Notes under the pieces: generated by a model
Databases searched by the model: none
What the model saw: only the letters and a program-made list of their open reading frames with translations
What the model was told of the DNA's origin: nothing
Assembly: GCA_963767125.1 (NCBI GenBank)
Contig: CAVYDB010000002.1
Location: 71,991-135,990, forward strand
Length of the DNA stretch: 64,000 nt
Origin: an uncultured Bacteroidota bacterium
GTDB taxonomy: Bacteria; Bacteroidota; Bacteroidia; JABEUT01
Reading direction: 5' to 3'
Shown: positions 8,621 to 15,520 of the stretch, in pieces
How the letters are laid out: each line of letters starts with the position of its first letter
Numbering within the stretch: the stretch's first letter is position 1
Made by a program: the position numbers and the translations under genes

Positions 8621-8851
8621 ATGGCAACAAAAATGATTACTGAAACTGTTCAAGTAACAATAAGTTCCACGGAAGAAGAAATTAGACAGGTAGTATTTGG
8701 GAGTTCGCTTACTCCAATAGGTAAATTGTATGAAAGATACAACAAATGTATAGAATCATATAAGGGTAATGGTTACACGATTGTTAGTGAAGATTCAGAA
8801 AAGCTTTCGTTTATTGCAGAGAAGAAATATCTGGAGGAGGAAAAGAATTAG
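8621..8851 (+). CDS. Small hypothetical protein (76 aa), likely co-transcribed with 8135-8602
   Basis: Starts 18 nt after the upstream stop on the same strand. The C-terminus is acidic. No recognisable family. Confidence 0.45.
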   Translation: MATKMITETVQVTISSTEEEIRQVVFGSSLTPIGKLYERYNKCIESYKGNGYTIVSEDSEKLSFIAEKKYLEEEKN

Positions 8852-8921
8852 GTTAACCATAGAGGATAGGTACAATTTTGTGGATAATAGAATTGCCTAG
8901 TTGGAAATGCTATTATTATTC

Positions 8922-11636
8922 TTAAGAGATTTTATCTCGTAATTCAGCGATGAATCCTTTTCTTTGTAAATATTCTAAGTAGAATGCTTTTAAAGGTAAT
9001 TCTTCAGTTTTAGTAATTTTCTCTAACCATTCCATTGGTGCTTTTTTCATTTCATCGGGAATATGATTGGATATTTTAATTGCAACCGACCTAGAGATTC
9101 CCCTTGAAATCATTATTAATACATCAATTTTACGAGTACCTAACTCTAACATTGTTGGTAAATTTAAAGTACGATGATATAGCTTTTTTTGCTCCTCAGT
9201 CATTAGAGAGGCAAGAATATCAGTATAGACCTTAAAATATTTTACTAAAATAAAAGTGACAAGAATTGAATTGTAGTTGATGACATGGTTAATAATATTA
9301 TTGACCATCCTTACTTCACCTTTAAGCTTCATTTCACTCGGGTACTCTTCACGATAGTATTGAATATCTTCTTGTATTAAATCAGCTAAAGATAAACTTT
9401 GCAACCAAACAAATCCGTAATAAGCCATTTGGCGTGCACCAGCACTAGTACTTCTTATTGAAGCCTCCTTCCACATTGCAAAGATTCTATCTAGTTTAAG
9501 GATTAAATTCTCAAATTGATAGTAAAAACTTGCTTGTTGTATAGATAATGCTTCAGCATTTTTTCTAGTCATAAATACTTTCCCGAAATTGTCATTTCCT
9601 AGCTCCTGATCAATGATTACCCATTCTTCAAAGCCGTCAGATTTTATTGTCTCATATAGTTTATTCTGGAGAATGGGGTCTATACTAGGATTTAAGCGTA
9701 CTACATCCTTAGGTATAGTAAATTTTCCTAGTTTTTCTGTAATTATATCCGATATTATATTTACCTTGTTTTTATCTAACCCTCTTCCTTCTAGATAACT
9801 AATAAAATTTGATGGTTCTTCAATATACTTCTGTTTTATATAATTACCTGTGTATTCATCACCCTTATGCTTTAAAAATCGAGGTTCCCTATTTAGTACA
9901 TCAACAATAGCTTGGGTATCTTGTTTCATTACTTCATCGGTAATTAGTTTGACTTCCTTAGTATATTGTTCAGTATTATAATATGAATCTGCCCAATTAT
10001 CTGAGGGACTAACCTCAAGGCAAAAAACTGTCCCAATCATTCTCGCACCTATCCTTCCTGCTCTTCCAATCAAATTACTAAATTCAAAATGACTTAATTC
10101 AGCTCCATCTTTCTTTGGTGAAATGATAAACATTCGAGGAGCTGGAAGATTAACCCCTTGTAATAGCGTACTAGTACAAAAAAGATACTTTATATAACCT
10201 TTTTCAAATAAATATTCAACTTCATTTCTTACAAAATCTGGGAGTTTACCATGATGAAACGCTACATTATACTCAAGGCAATATATTAAGTAATAGTCTT
10301 TATGTATCTCTTCTTTTAACAAGTCGATAAACCTCTTAATAGCAGGGTGTATATCTTTTGGTTTATCACCATATCTCCTTAATTCCCTAACAAATTCAAT
10401 TGCATAACTTACACAATAATTTGCCTTAGGGGAATAAATAAGATTCCCATCTGGCTTCCCAAACCTTCTAACAATCGGAGCTAGATAGAATTTATTTGCA
10501 ACGTAATTATTAACCTTTAAATCCTCGCTTATCTCTATAGAGTGAGTCTTCTTGTCATTTAAAAATAGATTGACTTTTATAGTGTCATTATTAATATATT
10601 TAACAGCAAGCCGTAATTGATATACAGGCGGCAAATAAGTATGTACCTCTTCCGCAGATAAAGACATCAATTTTGTATATAACTCTTTACCATTATTGAT
10701 AAAAGGTCCAGCGAAAAGAATCTTTGCATTTATCCATATTCGTGGCATTTCTGAAAGAATACTAATTAGGAGAACTGCCCTGTTATCGTTTGTTTCGACA
10801 TTTTGAATCTCATCTACAAAAATGAAGTTCGGGTAAAATTTTTTATTCCAACCTTGCTGTAGTAACTTCAAACATCTTTCTGGAGTTACACAGTAAATTT
10901 CCTTTAGATTATTCTTATTATTTTGAGATGTCTCTATAGCTTCCTGCGAATCTTCAACAAATGCAGTCTTTATTAACACATCTTTGTCTAAGATTTTCTT
11001 GAAATCATCACTTACTTGGCTAATTAACGCTCTTGTTGGAACTATATAAATTACTTTGAATTCGGAGTTAGTTGAAAATAGGCTACCAATAAATCGTTGT
11101 ATAAAAAATGATTTTCCAGCAGAAGTCGGGGCTGAAATTGCAATTCTATTATGTATTTGGAGATTATCCCATAATTCTCTTTGGAAATCAGTTACGAAAT
11201 ATGTTGTATTACCAGTTTCTATTTTATTAATATTACGCTTAGTACCCACTTCGAAATCCAATACAATTCCAAAGCTTTTCCGAAACTTTCTTATATTAGT
11301 ATCCGCGTTTTGTTCCTCATAGACTGTTTGAAGATGGTTCGCAGCAGCAAGATTCCCTGTTCTTGATAAAATAGTATATGATAACTGCGTTTTTGATTCA
11401 TCTTTGTTATATTGAAGAAACAGCAATTTTGCAAAAGAAGCTGCGATAAATTGATGCTTTTCCTCTGAGCTATTAGCAAGTATTGATGCTAACCAACCAG
11501 CTTGACGTAATTTCTCATCATCAATTGGTAAATACCCATTTACTTTGTAATCAGAACAAAACTGGTTTACCGCTAATGTTTTAATAGCGTCTAATAATAC
11601 TGGATGATTTCTTACTGAATCAAATGTGTTGGACAT
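8922..11636 (-). CDS. hamB: Hachiman HamB, superfamily-2 DEAD/DEAH-type helicase
   Basis: 904 aa. Helicase motifs: I 'APTSAGKS', Ia 'IVPTRALISQV', II 'FVDEIQNV', V 'STLLQGVNLPA' and VI 'LIGRAGRIG'. The start overlaps the stop of the upstream DUF1837-like gene by 25 nt. Confidence 0.7.
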   Translation of the reverse strand: MSNTFDSVRNHPVLLDAIKTLAVNQFCSDYKVNGYLPIDDEKLRQAGWLASILANSSEEKHQFIAASFAKLLFLQYNKDESKTQLSYTILSRTGNLAAANHLQTVYEEQNADTNIRKFRKSFGIVLDFEVGTKRNINKIETGNTTYFVTDFQRELWDNLQIHNRIAISAPTSAGKSFFIQRFIGSLFSTNSEFKVIYIVPTRALISQVSDDFKKILDKDVLIKTAFVEDSQEAIETSQNNKNNLKEIYCVTPERCLKLLQQGWNKKFYPNFIFVDEIQNVETNDNRAVLLISILSEMPRIWINAKILFAGPFINNGKELYTKLMSLSAEEVHTYLPPVYQLRLAVKYINNDTIKVNLFLNDKKTHSIEISEDLKVNNYVANKFYLAPIVRRFGKPDGNLIYSPKANYCVSYAIEFVRELRRYGDKPKDIHPAIKRFIDLLKEEIHKDYYLIYCLEYNVAFHHGKLPDFVRNEVEYLFEKGYIKYLFCTSTLLQGVNLPAPRMFIISPKKDGAELSHFEFSNLIGRAGRIGARMIGTVFCLEVSPSDNWADSYYNTEQYTKEVKLITDEVMKQDTQAIVDVLNREPRFLKHKGDEYTGNYIKQKYIEEPSNFISYLEGRGLDKNKVNIISDIITEKLGKFTIPKDVVRLNPSIDPILQNKLYETIKSDGFEEWVIIDQELGNDNFGKVFMTRKNAEALSIQQASFYYQFENLILKLDRIFAMWKEASIRSTSAGARQMAYYGFVWLQSLSLADLIQEDIQYYREEYPSEMKLKGEVRMVNNIINHVINYNSILVTFILVKYFKVYTDILASLMTEEQKKLYHRTLNLPTMLELGTRKIDVLIMISRGISRSVAIKISNHIPDEMKKAPMEWLEKITKTEELPLKAFYLEYLQRKGFIAELRDKIS

Positions 11637-12595
11637 TTAACTTCATATTTAGATTGGACAGGCTTAGGTCTCCATTCGACACTATGAAAAGTCTTGTAGA
11701 GTAAATGTTTAAAATCATCAACGCTTTTCATCGGAATAAAGAAAAAATCGAGATAAACCTCTGAAACCTCCCTAAATTCCTTGCACAGTTCTTTAACATT
11801 AGAAGCGTAAGAGTTTAAGTTCTGATTTATTATTTCTTTTATCTTGTTTTCTCCGTCCTGATTATTTAATGCGTTAATTCCATCAATATTTTCGTCATCA
11901 TAAATTATTAAAACTGGATGTACCTTAACCCTAGCTTTATGCTCTTGTGTAGAGGGAATGAAACACTGGTATATGTAGTCAAGTTCTTCCTTACTTAGAT
12001 CAATACGAATATTTTTAGTCGCTACAAATAATTCGTAATTAAGCGCGCTATATTCATATTCTTTGTAGAACTTGTCCAATGAGACAAAGGCATCTTTTAG
12101 AGCATCTTTGAAAGAAGACCAGGTCTTTGCTTCACCAATTAATATTGCTGGTAATCCCTTGTAATCTCCGCAAAATAAACCGTCACCACCTTTTATTTGG
12201 TCGTTAGGATTTGTGGGGAGTTTAAAAATAACCATTGGGACTTTTAAAACCGCTTCGGTAAGTAGGTAAAGAACTAATTCTCCATACTTACCATCGTATG
12301 TAGGATTCTTATTACCGAAGTATTGTAGAGCATAAATAAATGGTTCGAGCTTTGCCTTCTTGATTCTTTCAATCTCCTTGTCATTCAAAACATATTTTTG
12401 AATTGAAGCAGCAATAAATTGGGCAAAACTGTTGGTATCATATTTAGTTCCAGTAAATTGAATACTATAAGTTCGAATAATTAGCTTTCCTTCCTCAATT
12501 ATAGTATGCTCGGTAAGATGTTCAGCCACCCATCCGCCATCTACAGTAATAAATTTTTCCCAATCTATTTTCATTGTTTTCATTAAGGAGAACAT
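11612..12595 (-). CDS. hamA: Hachiman HamA (DUF1837-like, PD-(D/E)xK nuclease motif)
   Basis: 327 aa with 'GGDGLFCGDYKGLPAILIGEAKTW', a D...ExK-type motif. Its size, its position immediately upstream of the helicase and the translational coupling all fit the HamA/HamB operon layout. Confidence 0.6.
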   Translation of the reverse strand: MFSLMKTMKIDWEKFITVDGGWVAEHLTEHTIIEEGKLIIRTYSIQFTGTKYDTNSFAQFIAASIQKYVLNDKEIERIKKAKLEPFIYALQYFGNKNPTYDGKYGELVLYLLTEAVLKVPMVIFKLPTNPNDQIKGGDGLFCGDYKGLPAILIGEAKTWSSFKDALKDAFVSLDKFYKEYEYSALNYELFVATKNIRIDLSKEELDYIYQCFIPSTQEHKARVKVHPVLIIYDDENIDGINALNNQDGENKIKEIINQNLNSYASNVKELCKEFREVSEVYLDFFFIPMKSVDDFKHLLYKTFHSVEWRPKPVQSKYEVKCPTHLIQ

Positions 12596-12659
12596 TAAAT
12601 TTCAAGTATTGCTCTCTAATATTGATTTACTATAAACAGAATAATTAGTGAATTCGCCC

Positions 12660-12667
12660 CAAAAATA
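12660..12667 (-). promoter_or_regulatory. Bacteroidota -7 box for hamAB (TAnnTTTG on the minus strand)
   Basis: The plus strand reads CAAAAATA, which is TATTTTTG on the minus strand. It lies about 65 nt upstream of the hamA start. Confidence 0.35.
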
Positions 12668-12707
12668 GCATTTTTAGTAGGATACTAACAAAATTGACAA
12701 TTGTTTA

Positions 12708-12715
12708 TACATTTG
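12708..12715 (+). promoter_or_regulatory. Bacteroidota -7 box for the DUF262/DUF1524 gene
   Basis: TACATTTG lies 39 nt upstream of ATG 12754. It is part of the 15-mer TGTTTATACATTTGC, which recurs at 15352-15366. Confidence 0.4.
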
Positions 12716-12753
12716 CCTACTTTCTTATAGTAATATATAATAAAAAATGAAGC

Positions 12754-14589
12754 ATGAACAAACAACTGATAAATAAAATTGATGCCAATGATACAAACAT
12801 CAATTTGCTATTGAAAGACCAGAAGTTCTTTATTGATTATTTTCAGCGTGAATACCGTTGGGCAGAGAAACATATTAAGCAGCTTGTTGAAGATTTAACA
12901 ACTACATTTTTAAAATCTTATAAAGCAGGTGATAAGCGTTCGGAAATTGCTAACTATCAAAATTATTATTTGGGTCCAATAGTATTCAGTATTAATCCAG
13001 AGAATAATAAAAAATCTATCATTGATGGTCAGCAACGGATTACATCCATTACTTTGGTACTTATATACCTAAATCATTTACAAGCAAATAATCCTAAGAA
13101 GGTATCTATTAGTGAATTGATATTCTCAGAAAAGTTTGATGAGAAATCTTTCAATATGTCTGATGAACCTAGGGAAGAATGTCTAACGGCATTGTTTGAA
13201 AATGGAGAATATGAATTGCAAGAGAAGGATGAGGAAACTGTTAAGAATATGGTGGAACGGTATGAGGATATTGGAAATTCGTTCCCCGAAGAAATTGATA
13301 CTATTGCTTTACCCTATTTCATAGACTGGTTTATTCAAAATGTTGTTGTTGTAACAATTACAGCCTATTCAGATGAAAATGCTTATACAATTTTTGAAAC
13401 CATGAATGACCGTGGGTTGAATCTCACTTCAACTGAAATGCTCAAGGGTTACGTACTTTCGAAGATTAAAGATAAAGTAAAAAGAAACGAAATAAATGAA
13501 CTTTGGAAATCCGAAATCAAGAAACTTCATCAGTATGGTGAAACAGTTGACCAAACTTTCTTTCAAGCATGGTTCCGAGGTAAATACGCTAAAACTATTC
13601 GTCCCGGTAAAGTTGGTTCCGAAAATAAAGATTTTGAATTAATAGGTTCCCGTTTTCATAGTTGGTTTAGAGATAACCATGAATCCCTATTCAAGCTCAA
13701 AAAGTCAGATGACTTCTATGATTTCTTCAAAAACCAATTCCCGTTTTATGTTAAATGGTATATGAAGTCCATGGATTTTCAAGTAATTTATAATCCTGAT
13801 GCACCGCATCTTTACTATATTCATCAATGGGGAATAGCTGAATCATTACAAGAACCACTTTTATTAGCTCCTATAAATTATGGGGATAATAATAGTGAAA
13901 TAAATAGCAAAATGGATTTTGTTGCAAGGTATATTGAAACATTCACCGTTAGAAGGGGAATAAGTTTTAGAAAATTTGGTCAAACTGCTATTAAATATAC
14001 GATGTTTAATCTAATAAAGCTAATAAGAGATAACGATTTAGAAACACTGGGCAATAATCTTTCAAATGAAATAGTAAGTATTGATGAGAACTGGGATAAA
14101 GTTTATTATTTCAGATTGCATGGGATGAACCGAAAGTTTGTTAAACATTTACTTTGTCGTATTTCAAGCTATCTAGATAATTTGGTTGGTAAAGGCACTA
14201 ATTATGTAACTTATCATCATCCTAATGGACGACAATTTGAGATTGAACATTTATGGGCAGATAAATTTAAAGAACATAAGGATGAGATTGACCAGGAAAC
14301 TGAATTTCAGGAATGGCGGAATGCTATAGGTGCATTAATACTTCTTCCCCAAGGGACAAATCAATCTTTTAATAGTGATAAATATGAGGATAAGCTAGAG
14401 CATTATTTAAAAGAAAATACCTATGCACAAACTTTGCATCCAGCATTTTACAAGAAAAATCCCAATTTTTTGAATTCAAAAGAAATTCAAAGCTTGGAGT
14501 TCATTTCGCACCCTCATATGAAAACCGCAGATATTGAAGAAAGGCTTTATTTAGTTCAACGTATATGTGAACAAATATGGTCATTCTAA
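12754..14589 (+). CDS. GmrSD-like type IV restriction endonuclease (DUF262 + DUF1524)
   Basis: 611 aa. N-terminal DUF262/ParB-like motifs 'DYFQREYRW' and 'IDGQQRITS'. C-terminal His-Me/HNH-like DUF1524 motifs 'FEIEHLWA' and 'NAIGALILLPQGTNQSFN'. Confidence 0.75.
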   Translation: MNKQLINKIDANDTNINLLLKDQKFFIDYFQREYRWAEKHIKQLVEDLTTTFLKSYKAGDKRSEIANYQNYYLGPIVFSINPENNKKSIIDGQQRITSITLVLIYLNHLQANNPKKVSISELIFSEKFDEKSFNMSDEPREECLTALFENGEYELQEKDEETVKNMVERYEDIGNSFPEEIDTIALPYFIDWFIQNVVVVTITAYSDENAYTIFETMNDRGLNLTSTEMLKGYVLSKIKDKVKRNEINELWKSEIKKLHQYGETVDQTFFQAWFRGKYAKTIRPGKVGSENKDFELIGSRFHSWFRDNHESLFKLKKSDDFYDFFKNQFPFYVKWYMKSMDFQVIYNPDAPHLYYIHQWGIAESLQEPLLLAPINYGDNNSEINSKMDFVARYIETFTVRRGISFRKFGQTAIKYTMFNLIKLIRDNDLETLGNNLSNEIVSIDENWDKVYYFRLHGMNRKFVKHLLCRISSYLDNLVGKGTNYVTYHHPNGRQFEIEHLWADKFKEHKDEIDQETEFQEWRNAIGALILLPQGTNQSFNSDKYEDKLEHYLKENTYAQTLHPAFYKKNPNFLNSKEIQSLEFISHPHMKTADIEERLYLVQRICEQIWSF

Positions 14590-14671
14590 TACTTTGCTTC
14601 GTAAAATGTAGATTTTTATGAGAAAAATAAAATAACCCCGAGAAAATTTGGAAAATTCAATATTTATGTGT

Positions 14672-14679
14672 TAATTTTG
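14672..14679 (+). promoter_or_regulatory. Bacteroidota -7 box (TAATTTTG)
   Basis: Its 3' end (14679) lies 22 nt upstream of ATG 14701. Confidence 0.35.
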
Positions 14680-14700
14680 TAGTTACTAAACCCATTTACT

Positions 14701-15195
14701 ATGGAAATATATACTTATGACTTTGATGTGTATAATAGGCATGTCACGCTTTATTTCGACAACGGACAACAATTGAAGGTGTTCCTAAATCAGGACTCGG
14801 GTAAGATTTATATGCGCCCTAAAATAGGCAGCACGTTTGGTGTATATCATAAGGGAATATACTTAGGGTACTCTGAAAAGGGACAACAAATAATGATTCA
14901 TAATCACAGCACCCCAGGAAGGGCTGTAATAACGACTTGGGGAGACTTTTTACAGAATCAATCATCATTTCTTGATGATAAGGTATGTTCAAATGCTCCA
15001 ATTGAAAGACTTAAAATTGCTTTAGCAAACGTTTTACAACGGGAGCCATACGATTTACTTAATAACTCCTGCCAAACCTTTGTAAACGAAACCTGTACAA
15101 ATGAACGTAAAAACGATGATACAGGAAAAGTTCTTCTTGGTATCGCAGCCACAGGTTTGATTATAGCAGGGCTAAATGCTTTATTTGGAGAATGA
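14701..15195 (+). CDS. LRAT/PLAAT-like NlpC/P60-superfamily protein with a C-terminal membrane anchor
   Basis: His box 'YHKGIYLGY...IMIHNHS' and Cys box 'NSCQTFVNE' (compare NCEHF in LRAT/H-RAS-like suppressors). A hydrophobic helix 'VLLGIAATGLIIAGLNALF' sits at the extreme C-terminus. Confidence 0.6.
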   Translation: MEIYTYDFDVYNRHVTLYFDNGQQLKVFLNQDSGKIYMRPKIGSTFGVYHKGIYLGYSEKGQQIMIHNHSTPGRAVITTWGDFLQNQSSFLDDKVCSNAPIERLKIALANVLQREPYDLLNNSCQTFVNETCTNERKNDDTGKVLLGIAATGLIIAGLNALFGE

Positions 15196-15255
15196 CTGAA
15201 TCAAACCCCTAATCTTTGTGATTTATTGGTATTTAACCACTAAACAATACTCCAA

Positions 15256-15294
15256 GGAAATTTGGGGAAACCAAGTGATTCAAACAGTATTAAG
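15256..15294. repeat. att-like imperfect direct repeat, copy B
   Basis: GGAAATTTGGGGAAACCAAGTGATTCAAACAGTATTAAG shares ordered blocks with 5305-5334. It lies about 60 bp past the last cargo gene. Confidence 0.3.
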
Positions 15295-15357
15295 TGCAAC
15301 TTGATACTCATTAGAATCTTTTTATTGTATTCAGTCCCGAATTCAGTCAAATGTTTA

Positions 15358-15365
15358 TACATTTG
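15358..15365 (+). promoter_or_regulatory. Orphan promoter-like -7 box (TACATTTG) within the repeated 15-mer
   Basis: The same 15-mer occurs at 12702-12716. No annotated plus-strand ORF lies downstream, and a terminator follows at 15488. Confidence 0.3.
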
Positions 15366-15487
15366 CATAGGTACACCTAGTATTTTATTCTAAAGAGAAA
15401 TCCTTTTGAGCTGCTCTATAAGGGTGCATATGAGTTTACACGTATGTTTAAAACCTTCCAGGTCGGACAACATTTAATAACTTCAAG

Positions 15488-15517
15488 GCACTTAATATTA
15501 AGTGCTCTTTTTGTTTT
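15488..15517 (+). terminator. Rho-independent terminator (plus-strand orientation)
   Basis: Perfect palindrome GCACTTAATATTAAGTGC (15488-15505) followed by TCTTTTTGTTTT. Confidence 0.6.
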
Positions 15518-15520
15518 CTA

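Noticed and set aside
9613-11479. Short ORFs overlapping hamB (9613-9798, 11056-11322, 11181-11366, 11291-11479)
   Set aside because: They lie entirely within a well-supported 904-aa helicase gene. AT-rich antisense or off-frame ORFs of this size are expected by chance.
1-15520. Prophage interpretation of the left region
   Set aside because: No capsid, portal, terminase, tail or lysis genes are present. The gene content fits an integrative/mobilizable element plus a cargo island.
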